Virus record (IMG/VR): IMGVR_UViG_3300025534_000182
Location: 1 to 64,000 of that record
Strand: one strand, 5' to 3'
Source of the DNA: a virus
Length of the DNA stretch: 64,000 nucleotides
Below, one piece after another: positions 10,252-20,069 of the stretch. Every line of letters begins with the position of its first letter. Position 1 is the first letter of the stretch. Made by a program: the position numbers and the translations under genes. The notes beneath the pieces were generated by a model. That model worked only from the letters and a program-made list of their open reading frames with translations. It ran no database searches and was not told where the DNA came from.

Positions 10252-10683
10252 TTATTTACTCAATTTTTTCAATTGCTTTTTTAAACTTTTAATTTTTGCT
10301 TTTATATAAGCAATTTGATATCCTTTTTCTGCGTCATACACATCTTCGGGTAAACACTTAGATACACCTTTGCTTCCATCTGGTAAAATAACTATTGTAG
10401 CCATATCATTTCTAATAACTTTTACTTTTTCTTTTGAATCTAAATTTTCAATATATTCAACTTTATTTCTTGTATTTTCGTTATCAAGCAACTCAAAATG
10501 ATTAATTAATTCTTCCTTACTAACACCTAAACCCAATACTCCATTTTTTAAAATAATGTAATTTTCATTCATTTTATTAACAACCCAAATCTCATTAACA
10601 ACCCAAATCTCTCCTGTTCGGTTATAAGGAAATCCATTTAATTCTTTGATTTGTTTGTACTCTTGCCCGATTTTAATATTCAT
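10252..10683 (-). CDS. hypothetical protein whose C-terminal 50-aa domain is paralogous to the 27308..27673 product; contains an in-frame 18-bp tandem duplication
   Basis: TIVILPDGSKGVSK...GYQIAYIKAKIKSLKKQLKKL aligns with TIVILEDGSKGIAK...GYKIAMKRAQIAKLQKELEEL. Confidence 0.5.
   Translation of the reverse strand: MNIKIGQEYKQIKELNGFPYNRTGEIWVVNEIWVVNKMNENYIILKNGVLGLGVSKEELINHFELLDNENTRNKVEYIENLDSKEKVKVIRNDMATIVILPDGSKGVSKCLPEDVYDAEKGYQIAYIKAKIKSLKKQLKKLSK
10576..10611. repeat. perfect 18-bp tandem duplication (attaacaacccaaatctc x2), in frame (EIWVVN x2)
   Basis: Direct reading of the sequence. Confidence 0.85.
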
Positions 10684-10705
10684 TTCTATATCAACCTCCT
10701 ATTTT

Positions 10706-12034
10706 TTACATTACTAATTGATATTTTTCAGCAAATTTTTTAATTATTTCATTTTGTTCTTCTGTCGGTGGATTATTTAATTTCCCTCTTGCTTGAGTTA
10801 TATGACCATTTTTTACTTCTATTGTTACTAAAGGATGATCTATATCATTTCTGTCCCTAAGAAATAATATAGTAGATAAACCCTTTCTAACTTTATTTAC
10901 ATATGAACCAACACAATGCCCTAATACGTTACCTTCTTTAATTAATTCCTCTGGTTCTTTAGGCGGAAATATTTTATATCCGTTATATGAATATTCATAT
11001 TTTTTATTTATTTCATATGATTTTTTCCATTCCTCCATCTCGATTTCATTTAATTTTATTCTATAGTTTCTACTAGCAATATCATGTGCTGTTCTTAGAT
11101 ATTTGGGATAACGATCAAATCTTTCATATCCCATTTCCGTTGTCATTCTTATATAATCAGCATATTCACTAATTGCCAAATTAGCGGCAAGTCCTTGAGA
11201 TACATCACATTCAAAATAAATGTATCTTATGAATTTTTTAATTGGCAAATTATATTGATTGGCAATTTGCAAAGCTGATCTATAGGTGGTTTTTTTATAT
11301 ATAAAAGAAAATTCATTATTGAAAAATTCCATCATTTTGTCAATTCCAAATTCATCTTCTAATGTTTTTATGTAGGCTAGATAATTAATCATTTCATTAT
11401 CAGCCGTATCGTTATTAATTTTTTGAAGTTTATGAAATGGAATGTTATATTTTTTTACCATTTTCCACTGTGTTTTACTTAATCCTAATATTTCCATTGG
11501 ATTTTTACCATTAGGATTGATAATTTCTGAATCCTTATTTAATTTTACTCCTGCTTTATGCAACAATTCAAAATAACTATGTTTGGTAATCAATCTATAA
11601 AAAAATCTTCCAAACATCTCCGTTCGTTCATTATCCATTGCACCAAACAATTTAAATGCTTCATCATATATTCCTCTATTATTTTTTGTTGACAAAATTT
11701 CAAATATTTTATTTCTTTGTTCATAATCTTTTGGAAATATGCTATCCACATTTCTAACACTAAATTTGACATCTTTCAAATTTCTTTTTATCCAGTATTT
11801 TTTATGCCTTAAATCATAATACATTTCTGAAACTGTTCCATTTTTACCGGCCAATGGATCTGTTTCGCTTGGTTCATGAATGTAATAAATATGAAATCCA
11901 TAATCCATCTTTTCTTTAACATACAGAGTACCAACTAATTTATTTGATTTATTATCAAATGATTCATACTTTTCATAATTTGAATTTCTTATTTGTTGCT
12001 TAAATTCTTCAATTTTTTCCTTTAACCCTAACAT
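10706..12034 (-). CDS. hypothetical protein, possibly PcfJ-like (C-terminal GHCVGSY...FLR block)
   Basis: 442 aa. The C-terminal HCVGSYVNKVRKGLSTILFLRD recalls PcfJ-like domain proteins. Recognised from memory only. Confidence 0.35.
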   Translation of the reverse strand: MLGLKEKIEEFKQQIRNSNYEKYESFDNKSNKLVGTLYVKEKMDYGFHIYYIHEPSETDPLAGKNGTVSEMYYDLRHKKYWIKRNLKDVKFSVRNVDSIFPKDYEQRNKIFEILSTKNNRGIYDEAFKLFGAMDNERTEMFGRFFYRLITKHSYFELLHKAGVKLNKDSEIINPNGKNPMEILGLSKTQWKMVKKYNIPFHKLQKINNDTADNEMINYLAYIKTLEDEFGIDKMMEFFNNEFSFIYKKTTYRSALQIANQYNLPIKKFIRYIYFECDVSQGLAANLAISEYADYIRMTTEMGYERFDRYPKYLRTAHDIASRNYRIKLNEIEMEEWKKSYEINKKYEYSYNGYKIFPPKEPEELIKEGNVLGHCVGSYVNKVRKGLSTILFLRDRNDIDHPLVTIEVKNGHITQARGKLNNPPTEEQNEIIKKFAEKYQLVM

Positions 12035-12083
12035 TAATTGATACTCAATCCTTTCATTTTATTTATATGTAATATTTTTATTT

Positions 12084-13151
12084 TTAAAATTTAACTTTCT
12101 TTTTATTTCTATACAAATCCAAAAAAGCCTCTCTTCCCAAATCAGTTGGAGAATGTTTTTCTTCAACCGAAAATACATCATCTTCATCATACATTTCATA
12201 AACCAATCTTGTTTTACCAAATTTAGCGGCCTGAACTCTTATATCCTCTCTTGTTTTGTCTTTGTCAAATGCTAATACAATCCTAATTTCATTTCCAAGT
12301 GACTTAATAAGATTCACTTGTACAATGCTTATGTCACTACAACCAAGTGCCACGCAATTACGTTTCCCCCATTGGGAACTCAACCAACATGTTTTTTCTC
12401 CCTCATAAATGATTACCTCTTTTTCTTGTAAAATATAATACAAAGCTCTATGCCAGTTATAAAGAACAGTCGGATAATATTTAAAGTAGTAATAAAATTT
12501 TGGTATATTCTTTTTTTCCCAATCTTTTTCTAACGTTCTCCCTTTAATATTAATTAACTCGCCGCATTCGTTATGTATCGGGAATATTACTCTATTGTAC
12601 TGAACGTCTAATCCGATCTGAAATTCTAATTGAGTTTTATAATTTACTCCTTGTTCTAAATATAATCTTGAAGGAACCATTACAAAGTAATCCAATATTG
12701 ATTCGTCAATAATTTCATTTTCATCAGTATATGTAATTTGTTTTCTTCTATATTTCTTTGCTTCTTTTAACCATTTTAAAAGTTCATCTTTTTTTGTTTT
12801 TTTATAATGTCCATTCAAATACTCATGATATCCAAGTGTTTCACAAATCCATTTTTTCGAAGCGAACAACTTATTCGTACATTCTGTTTCATCTTTGCAT
12901 TCAAAGACAATATATCCGACTAAACCGAAAATGTCTATTCCAGATATTCCTCGTGATCTTATTTTTGATGACAGATTTTCATTAAAATATACTTGTACGC
13001 TTCTCGGATTATCTGAATTAAATTTATCTGGAAGTTGCGCTTCACATCTTAATTGCTTTTCTTTTATATTTGTGCAACCCATTGCTTCAAGCAATTGAGT
13101 TATTTTATTTTCGTTTAAAATTCTTTGCTTAATTTCTTTTAGTTCGTTCAT
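12084..13151 (-). CDS. Toprim-domain DNA primase-like protein
   Basis: IYEGEKTCW (Toprim Glu) and AFDKDKT (DxD) at the C-terminus. Sits directly downstream of the helicase. Confidence 0.5.
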   Translation of the reverse strand: MNELKEIKQRILNENKITQLLEAMGCTNIKEKQLRCEAQLPDKFNSDNPRSVQVYFNENLSSKIRSRGISGIDIFGLVGYIVFECKDETECTNKLFASKKWICETLGYHEYLNGHYKKTKKDELLKWLKEAKKYRRKQITYTDENEIIDESILDYFVMVPSRLYLEQGVNYKTQLEFQIGLDVQYNRVIFPIHNECGELINIKGRTLEKDWEKKNIPKFYYYFKYYPTVLYNWHRALYYILQEKEVIIYEGEKTCWLSSQWGKRNCVALGCSDISIVQVNLIKSLGNEIRIVLAFDKDKTREDIRVQAAKFGKTRLVYEMYDEDDVFSVEEKHSPTDLGREAFLDLYRNKKKVKF

Positions 13152-13163
13152 CTTGACCCACTT

Positions 13164-14702
13164 CTAAAATGCGGTATTAGATGTTCTGCCCATTTTTACA
13201 TAAGCAACTTCATGAAAAGTATTAAAATCATAATTTACTTCATACAATATTTGCCGATCAACAGGCCCGAAACGATTTTTTGGTAAAAATAAAATTAGAT
13301 ATGTTTTATCTTTATCTAACTCATATTCTTTTTTATACCATTCATCAGTTAATTCATCTTTTTCCCAATTATACGCAAATATTTGATGTTTTCCTCCGGG
13401 CATTTCATCAGCATACAATAACCTACCAATCATAACAACCGAAGCGACTTCAACAATCTCAAGCGCTTTGCCAATAACGCTCAAATCAAGATATCTGTAC
13501 TCTTTCCCAATTTTTAATTGAACAGTTGCCAGCATACCGATGTTATTTGCAGATACTTTAATACAGTCATAAATCTCTTGGGCTGCATTACTAAATGCAA
13601 GCCATCTGGCCTCTTCTTTTCCAGATAAATCAGGTTTAAATGTATCGAGTATCGCGTAATTATAACCAAGTGGTTTCATCAGATTTAATCTGCTAATAAC
13701 ATCTTTTACGCGATACTTCTGCATATCATAAAATTTTATTAAATCTTTATTAAATTGATTTAGCCATTCCTTTGATTTTTCAAGTTTATCTAAGGTTTCC
13801 TTATCAAAGTTACCTTCAGACAACTTTTCCCTTGTAACATAATCTCTCAGTACACTATTTGCAACTGTAGCCAAAAGCAATCCTTGATTCTTAAATATGT
13901 CTTCTTCGTTGGCGAAAAACATTCCTTTTTCGTTATTTTTAATTAAACTCAATACAAATTTCTCAATACATATAGAACTCTTACCTACGCCTGAACTCAA
14001 TACAAGATATAAGAGTTGCCCTTTTCTCCATCCTTTTATCAACTTATTCAGTCTGGGGGAATTATGTAATTCAAGACCCATTCCCTCCCCTTCATTTAAT
14101 CTTTCGATAGTTCTGTCTAAATTATCTAAAAAATTATACTCTACTACTTCACCGCAATTTATATGAGAAAATATTTTATTAGTTTTATATTGAAAGAAAC
14201 TTTGAAGTTGTTTCAGAGTCATTTTAGTTAATTTGCTTATTAATTCTTTATCTTCAACATCAATAATCCCCTCTTCTTGTGCCATCCGTAAACTTTCATA
14301 TTTTTGAATTTCACTAAAATGATATTCATCATTTTCCTTATCAGAATCGCATTCAACAATCAAGTCCTCTATTAACGAGTAACCACCGTTTTCATTATAA
14401 TATTCGAACCATGATTTTTTCCCTTCTTCCTTTGGTCTTGAAGTTAAGAATGAATACACAGTAATATCATCAAATGATCGAATACCATTATTATACATTT
14501 CTCTTCCTATGTAAAATAGAAAAAACCAGAGTTGCTCTGTAAATGTTGAACTTTTAATGTTATGTAGTTTATATTTTTCATATAATTGCGGTGTTCGCCA
14601 AAGATAACCGATAAAAATTGATTCATGAATTTTTGAAGGATCGACAAACTCAGGCAAATATTCGATAGACTTTTTCTTTCTTTTCTTGCTGATAGCAACC
14701 AC
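13164..14702 (-). CDS. replicative DNA helicase-like P-loop ATPase (DnaB-like)
   Basis: Walker A SSGVGKSS. 512 aa, adjacent to the primase. Confidence 0.5.
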   Translation of the reverse strand: MVAISKKRKKKSIEYLPEFVDPSKIHESIFIGYLWRTPQLYEKYKLHNIKSSTFTEQLWFFLFYIGREMYNNGIRSFDDITVYSFLTSRPKEEGKKSWFEYYNENGGYSLIEDLIVECDSDKENDEYHFSEIQKYESLRMAQEEGIIDVEDKELISKLTKMTLKQLQSFFQYKTNKIFSHINCGEVVEYNFLDNLDRTIERLNEGEGMGLELHNSPRLNKLIKGWRKGQLLYLVLSSGVGKSSICIEKFVLSLIKNNEKGMFFANEEDIFKNQGLLLATVANSVLRDYVTREKLSEGNFDKETLDKLEKSKEWLNQFNKDLIKFYDMQKYRVKDVISRLNLMKPLGYNYAILDTFKPDLSGKEEARWLAFSNAAQEIYDCIKVSANNIGMLATVQLKIGKEYRYLDLSVIGKALEIVEVASVVMIGRLLYADEMPGGKHQIFAYNWEKDELTDEWYKKEYELDKDKTYLILFLPKNRFGPVDRQILYEVNYDFNTFHEVAYVKMGRTSNTAF

Positions 14703-14705
14703 TCC

Positions 14706-15278
14706 TTACAAGAAGTCTGATATATCTTTATCATCTTTTTTATTTATATTTTGTTTTTTATAATCTAAAGACATATCACCAATAAAAGTTTCTCTTTTCA
14801 TTTCTTGAACTTTTTGTTCATGCTCCTTTTTCTGTTTAATAATATTGAACGCCTCGTTAATTTTGTTCATCATAATACTTATACAGTAATTAATTGCTTT
14901 GACATCTACACTTCCGTTTAGCCTATTTTTTATTGCCCATTTAATATCTTTTTCAGCTAACTGATACGCTAAAAGCATTACTTGATAAGGTACACCTTTT
15001 TTATACCTTTGCACTTCTTTTCCATTAATTATTTCAACTCCGTTTCTTAATTTTTGCAATCTGTATATATTACCTCGTGGGAGTATTATGATTCCATGCA
15101 GATTTAATATATATCTATATAACTTATCCCATGCTTTAAGTTCTTTTGCTTTAAATTTCTTGTGCTTTAAAAAATCGTTATGGCATTTGCCAGCATGGAA
15201 ATACATATTGTCTTCATAGATCATCTTTTCTTTGTCATCTAACTGAAGACATGCTCTACATTTTACCCTTCTTCCCAA
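14706..15278 (-). CDS. hypothetical protein with N-terminal CxxC...C..H zinc motif
   Basis: 190-aa ORF. Confidence 0.5.
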   Translation of the reverse strand: MGRRVKCRACLQLDDKEKMIYEDNMYFHAGKCHNDFLKHKKFKAKELKAWDKLYRYILNLHGIIILPRGNIYRLQKLRNGVEIINGKEVQRYKKGVPYQVMLLAYQLAEKDIKWAIKNRLNGSVDVKAINYCISIMMNKINEAFNIIKQKKEHEQKVQEMKRETFIGDMSLDYKKQNINKKDDKDISDFL

Positions 15279-15291
15279 TATTATCTTCCCC

Positions 15292-15654
15292 TTATTCCAA
15301 TTCCGTACTTAGAATTTCGGCAAAATCTATCCATTCGTATCCTTCATCAAATTCGATCCTTATCTTTTTGCTATATGGATTAATATTAGTCACAACGCCA
15401 GTTACTTTTCGATCTTCAAATTCGCCAAATATTACAACAGAAATAGTCTTTTTAGTGTGAAAAGATTCATTTATTTTTTGAGAAATAAGATCCCATTCGT
15501 CCTCACAAAGAATCGGCTTCTGTTTTTTAAGTTGAGAACGGTTATATTCATTGATTGCTTCTCTATGCTCGGGAAGTATCATCCTAGAAGATTCCCACAT
15601 TCCATTACCAAAAAGTTTTTTACTCATTTTTATACCCTCCAACATAACGAACAT
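15292..15654 (-). CDS. YolD-like protein
   Basis: ILPEHREAI ... KPILCEDEWDLI ... VVIFGE...VTGVV..I matches the layout of Bacillus YolD-family proteins (from memory). Confidence 0.4.
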   Translation of the reverse strand: MFVMLEGIKMSKKLFGNGMWESSRMILPEHREAINEYNRSQLKKQKPILCEDEWDLISQKINESFHTKKTISVVIFGEFEDRKVTGVVTNINPYSKKIRIEFDEGYEWIDFAEILSTELE

Positions 15655-15708
15655 TTGTTTGTATAATTAATATATATCAGATATAGTTTGTTATGCAAGA
15701 GGAGTTTT

Positions 15709-15882
15709 TTTAAAAAGTCCAACACACAGTAAAAATTCTTTTTAAAATTAATTTTGCCACTTGTTCATCTAAATCGTCAATTTTTCTTTCAATTTCATTT
15801 GTTGATATACTATATTTTAATTCAATAATTATTTTATCTGCCTCTTTAATTTTTTGATATTGATCATCAAAATCGACATTCA
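15709..15882 (-). CDS. small hypothetical protein (57 aa)
   Basis: AGGTGAT SD 4-5 nt before the ATG, charged coiled-coil-like sequence. Below the ORF-track cutoff. Confidence 0.35.
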
Positions 15883-15914
15883 TTTATATCACCTAATAAA
15901 AACATCATTTTATT

Positions 15915-15958
15915 ATACTTTAATGGCAGCATTTAGTGATTAATGCTGCCATTAAAGT
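15915..15958. repeat. perfect 18-bp-stem hairpin (tactttaatggcagcatt / aatgctgccattaaagta) in a 580-bp non-coding region
   Basis: Direct inverted repeat with no U-tract on either strand. Confidence 0.6.
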
Positions 15959-16185
15959 ATATTGTAAGCAGAGAACGGAGCGCGAAATTTAGTAATATTA
16001 CCTACAGACAAACGGACGTGCGTAAATCGTAAATGATGTAATTCGTCAAATGTTAACCGTTAATTGTATTACATTCAATAACCAATATTTAACCAATATT
16101 TTTATATACATAAAGTGTTCTTTGATACGCTCAAAGATAAGCGTTGCTCACAATTCTCTACTTTTGCTGGTTTCTGACCAGCTTT

Positions 16186-16234
16186 CAAAAGAGAAATTTT
16201 TCTCTTCTCAAAGCTAGACAGAAAAACTGTCTAG
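16186..16234 (-). terminator. two or three stem-loops downstream of the 16235 gene stop, one (agagaaa/tttctct) followed by UUUUG
   Basis: Inverted repeats ctagacag/ctgtctag, agagaaa/tttctct and gctggt/accagc read on the minus strand. Confidence 0.35.
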
Positions 16235-16771
16235 CTACAAGATATACCGCTCTGCTCCTTCGAACTCAAACACAATCTTATGATTTGTTGCTTGAATAGT
16301 TTGCGATAACAAGCGAGCTTTCCTTTCTAATTTGATTGCTCTCTTGCGGTATTCTTCTACATCGTACAAAGCATACGTAACGGTAACAACAGAATTTCCA
16401 TTATTTAAAAATCCTCTATTATTGATGTTAGTTTCTTGTTGTTTTCTGTTTCCAAATGACTTTAAAATGTTCACTTCACCTTGTAACTGTTTCGCCAACT
16501 CAATTGCTGTATAGATCGAAATCTTCTTTCCGTCCCATTCAATTGTCGGCTTTAAATTTTGTTCATTAATAAGTTGATCAATATCAAGATAGTCTTGTCT
16601 TGTTTGAGACAATTCTGCTTCGATAACTTCAATATTGCGCTCTGGTACTTGATATTTTTCTCCTTTTTCAACTGTAATCGTCGAAACCTGATTCCTTTCT
16701 TGGATTAATTCTTGAATGCGTTTTGATATTGCGCTTCTAATATCAATTGCTTGAGCTAATGTGATTTCCAT
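16235..16771 (-). CDS. hypothetical protein
   Basis: 178-aa ORF with TGGAGG SD. Confidence 0.55.
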   Translation of the reverse strand: MEITLAQAIDIRSAISKRIQELIQERNQVSTITVEKGEKYQVPERNIEVIEAELSQTRQDYLDIDQLINEQNLKPTIEWDGKKISIYTAIELAKQLQGEVNILKSFGNRKQQETNINNRGFLNNGNSVVTVTYALYDVEEYRKRAIKLERKARLLSQTIQATNHKIVFEFEGAERYIL

Positions 16772-16819
16772 ATATGTACCTCCATATATTTTATTTTTTA
16801 ATATCCCAAAAAACCGATC

Positions 16820-17125
16820 TTATTGAACCCTTTTTACTCTTACGACGTGAAATTCGTTAAAGTTAAATTCATTCTGTTTAACTGGATTTTCATTTATTTT
16901 CACAATACGCAAATACTTGATTCCCCAAGTGCCATCTTTATACCATTCCTGAATAGGAATTGGTTGATTGTATTTGATCGAATCCTCAAGAAAATCTTCA
17001 GGAACATCATTTAGATTGTGTCCCCAAAAATTCAAATAATAACGATATCCATTTTTATCGGAATCAAGTACAACACATTTCGTTCCATCTTCTAAAGTTA
17101 GCCAAGTACCACTTTTGATTTTCAT
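16820..17125 (-). CDS. hypothetical protein
   Basis: 101-aa ORF. Confidence 0.5.
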   Translation of the reverse strand: MKIKSGTWLTLEDGTKCVVLDSDKNGYRYYLNFWGHNLNDVPEDFLEDSIKYNQPIPIQEWYKDGTWGIKYLRIVKINENPVKQNEFNFNEFHVVRVKRVQ

Positions 17126-17174
17126 AATTTAAACCTCTTTTATTTTTTATATTTTTTTTGTAATATTTGAGATT

Positions 17175-17249
17175 TGGTGGAGCCGGAGAATTACGATATC
17201 TCGACCGACCGCTTATGAGGCGGATGCTCTTCCTCTGAGCTACGGCTCC
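17175..17249 (-). tRNA. tRNA with anticodon CAU (Met or Ile2 type), CCA encoded, non-canonical T-loop
   Basis: On the minus strand: GGAGCCG-UA-GCUC-AGAGGAA-GAGC-A-UCCGC-CUCAUAA-GCGGU-CGGUC-GAGAU-AUCGUAA-UUCUC-CGGCUCC-A-CCA. Features are a 7-bp acceptor stem, D arm, U33 and A37 flanking CAU, and a T-loop AUCGUAA with a swapped 54-58 pair. Confidence 0.6.
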
Positions 17250-17286
17250 ACGATTAATTCTTTTTACATCATTGAATATATCATAT

Positions 17287-17583
17287 TTATCGCTTAATGT
17301 CAATATTTTGTTTTTTATTTTTTTTTCTGTTTTTTGCCAACCTTTCTGCTACCGCTTTTCTTTGTTCGTCTGTCATTGTTCTTCCTTTACCCGATCTAAA
17401 AGAAATCTGATTAAATTTTAGATTGAAATAATAATGCGCTCCATACTGATCTACTTTATTCGGCTCAATTCCAAGTTTACGTAGTTTATTTATAACCTTA
17501 GTTTGAAGGGTATATATATTCCATGTATTGGTTTCGTCACAACAATTAATAACCGTTTCTCTTTCTGCTGGAGTATAGCCCAT
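17287..17583 (-). CDS. hypothetical protein
   Basis: The start was moved to the MGYTPAE Met, which has an AAGAGGT SD. Confidence 0.5.
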   Translation of the reverse strand: MGYTPAERETVINCCDETNTWNIYTLQTKVINKLRKLGIEPNKVDQYGAHYYFNLKFNQISFRSGKGRTMTDEQRKAVAERLAKNRKKNKKQNIDIKR

Positions 17584-17624
17584 TTCGCATACCTCTTTTT
17601 TAATTAATTTAAACAATCATCTTA

Positions 17625-18104
17625 TCACAAATCCCCATTGTGATTAATCTTAATAATGTATGTAACTCTTCCATCATATCTTTGATCTGCTAATAATTTG
17701 CCTATGTACATCTTCTGTATACCCTTAGCGCAACAAATATTAACTTCTTTTGTTTCAGGATCTAATAATTTTGTTTTTAAAATTTGTAAAAATTCATTAA
17801 CTTGTCTTTCTTTTTCATCATATGGTATAGCAGACCAATTTTCATATAAAGTTTTTACCATTTGTTTTTTCACTCCTCCGTTGTTAACATTTTCATCAAA
17901 AACTAATGATTTTTTAGGTTTATCCTGACAATTATCTGATTTTTTTAATAATTCCTCCATCTCATTAGCAATTTTTCGTACATTGTTTAAAAATTTTCTT
18001 TTGGTATCAATTAATTCGTTTTGTTTTTCAAGAAGATTTTTTGCTTCATTCGCTATTTTGTTCACTGATCGATTCCCTTTAAAACTCCAAATTCTCTTTA
18101 TCAT
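17625..18104 (-). CDS. hypothetical protein
   Basis: 159-aa ORF. Confidence 0.5.
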   Translation of the reverse strand: MIKRIWSFKGNRSVNKIANEAKNLLEKQNELIDTKRKFLNNVRKIANEMEELLKKSDNCQDKPKKSLVFDENVNNGGVKKQMVKTLYENWSAIPYDEKERQVNEFLQILKTKLLDPETKEVNICCAKGIQKMYIGKLLADQRYDGRVTYIIKINHNGDL

Positions 18105-18118
18105 AAAATTCCTTCTTT

Positions 18119-18289
18119 TTATTGGTTTTTCTTTTGGTGTTTATCTAATATTGCTTCTAATTCCTTAACTGTACGCTTTTTATAATATTCAATAGTTTCA
18201 GAAAGCAAATTTGATTTAAATGGTAATAAATTTTTTTCATGAAGATAATAAATCAATCCCTCTTTATTTAAAACATAATCATGTTTCAT
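18119..18289 (-). CDS. small hypothetical protein (56 aa) translationally coupled to the upstream MTase
   Basis: Its ATG lies 8 nt before the MTase stop. The longer 84-aa version would overlap the MTase by 95 nt. Confidence 0.35.
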   Translation of the reverse strand: MKHDYVLNKEGLIYYLHEKNLLPFKSNLLSETIEYYKKRTVKELEAILDKHQKKNQ

Positions 18290-19202
18290 TAATAATTTTT
18301 TGGTCGATTCCTTCACTGGACAGCAACCTTTCATTAGTAATTTCGATAGCTCTTGAGTTAATATCACAACCAATATACCTTCTATTTAATTCTTTGGCAA
18401 CTACTAATGTGGTTCCTGAACCACAAAAAAAATCTGCTACTACATCGCCCTCATCCGTTGAGGACAATATAATTCTTCTTAACAACTCTTTAGGCTTTTG
18501 TGTGTCATAATTAACAGATTCATAATTTTTTCCATGTGAAAGATTTGGTATATCGTTCCATATTGAACCTATCGCTAATTTAAATTCATCCAAGTAATAT
18601 TTTTTATACTCCTTACCAGAAGAAGTTTTATGTATTAATCCATTTTCTTTCATTCTTTTGATTGATTCCAAAGAATAATCTCCTAAAGTAACAATTTTAT
18701 ATTTTCTCCCAGTTGGTTCACTATATCTAAATTCTTTAAGTTGAGTATAAGTCAATTCATCACCTGATTTATATTGCTGATAAAATTTATTATTTTTGCT
18801 TTTTGAATAAAAAAGAATATTGTCAAACTCCCTCGGCCATTGTTTAGATGTTTTTTTAGCACCTTTGCCAACGGCATCTCTTTGCCATATAATCTCATTT
18901 CTATAATTATCTTCGCCAAAAATTTTATCTAACTCGACTTTCAAATAGTGAGACAGACGATAATCCATATGTAAGTATAGAGATCCTGTTGTTTTTAGAA
19001 GTCTATGCATATGTATCAAACGTGGAATATACCAATCAATAGCATCTTTTGTTGTTCCAAGTTTATCATTATAATCTTTAAATTTTCTTCCTGTATTATA
19101 TAAAATATCACAATAAATAAGGTCAATACTCTCACTCGGTAGACTCTTCATTAATTCTAAATTATCCATGCAATATATTTTATTTATTTCTATATTTATC
19201 AC
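18279..19202 (-). CDS. DNA methyltransferase (N6A/N4C beta-class) with unusual motif IV DILY
   Basis: Motif I FFCGSGTT at the C-terminal end and IDLIYCDILYN in the motif IV position. Confidence 0.7.
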   Translation of the reverse strand: MINIEINKIYCMDNLELMKSLPSESIDLIYCDILYNTGRKFKDYNDKLGTTKDAIDWYIPRLIHMHRLLKTTGSLYLHMDYRLSHYLKVELDKIFGEDNYRNEIIWQRDAVGKGAKKTSKQWPREFDNILFYSKSKNNKFYQQYKSGDELTYTQLKEFRYSEPTGRKYKIVTLGDYSLESIKRMKENGLIHKTSSGKEYKKYYLDEFKLAIGSIWNDIPNLSHGKNYESVNYDTQKPKELLRRIILSSTDEGDVVADFFCGSGTTLVVAKELNRRYIGCDINSRAIEITNERLLSSEGIDQKIINET

Positions 19203-19223
19203 CTCATTTTTCCAATAAAATTC

Positions 19224-20057
19224 CTATTTTATTGGATAATCCTCATTAATACTTTCCAATCTTAAATTTGCAATTTGTATATACTCAGGAGAAATTTCAA
19301 AACCTATGTATTTTCTTTTATTAATTTGTGCCATCTTAGCTGTTGTTCCACTACCCATGAATGGATCTAAAACAATATCACCTTCATTTGACCATGATAA
19401 GATATGGTCTTCAGCAAGTTTTTCAGGAAATATCGCAGGATGTTGAAAAGCGATTTTATCTTTTGTTGCTTGATTAAATCCAACAGAATAACTCCATACA
19501 TTTGTTTTATATTTTTTTGTATTTCTACCTCTCTCAGTAGAAAAAGTTTTAATTTCGCCATTGGGCATTCTTTGTGCGGATTTTTTACCATGAGAATTAA
19601 GTTTTGCATCAACTTTAATTACATTAAATGTCTTGGGTTTCCCCTTGCTAAAAACAAACATATATTCAAAACATGGCTGATACCGATTATGTTCCAATGG
19701 AGTTGGGTTTTCTTTAAGATAGATCATTGTATCATGCAAATTAAACCCGCAAACATCCTTAAAATACAATGCTTGACGAAAACTTGTTCCGGTCTCACTC
19801 CCATTAATTGTCGCATCTGCTACAATCCAAACGACAACACCTCCGAGCTTCGTAACTCGATACAATTCCTTAGCAATCTCCTCAAATTTAAATGTATAAC
19901 CGTTATAAGTACGTAAATTGTCGTAAGGTGGAGATGTTACAGTTAAATCAATACTTTTATCTGGCAATAATTTCATTCCCTCTAGACAATCCATTTGATA
20001 AATACGATTTATTTCAAGACTTCCAAGTAATTCTTTACTCAATAAACTACCCTCCAT
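19224..20057 (-). CDS. DNA methyltransferase (N4C/N6A beta-class, SPPY)
   Basis: IDLTVTSPPYDN (motif IV) and DPFMGSGTT (motif I). Confidence 0.8.
   Translation of the reverse strand: MEGSLLSKELLGSLEINRIYQMDCLEGMKLLPDKSIDLTVTSPPYDNLRTYNGYTFKFEEIAKELYRVTKLGGVVVWIVADATINGSETGTSFRQALYFKDVCGFNLHDTMIYLKENPTPLEHNRYQPCFEYMFVFSKGKPKTFNVIKVDAKLNSHGKKSAQRMPNGEIKTFSTERGRNTKKYKTNVWSYSVGFNQATKDKIAFQHPAIFPEKLAEDHILSWSNEGDIVLDPFMGSGTTAKMAQINKRKYIGFEISPEYIQIANLRLESINEDYPIK
19985..20057. repeat. about 70-bp DNA segment nearly identical to 25620..25691 (5' ends of two MTase paralogs)
   Basis: Encodes LLGSLEINRIYQMDCLEGMKLLPDKSID in both. The DNA aligns with few mismatches. Confidence 0.6.
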
Positions 20058-20069
20058 AATTCAATAAAA

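Noticed and set aside
17064-17303. 79-aa minus-strand ORF from the ORF track
   Set aside because: It lies exactly over the tRNA at 17175..17249. It has no SD and is Arg/Ser-rich from the GC-rich tRNA sequence, so it is a spurious read-through of the tRNA gene.
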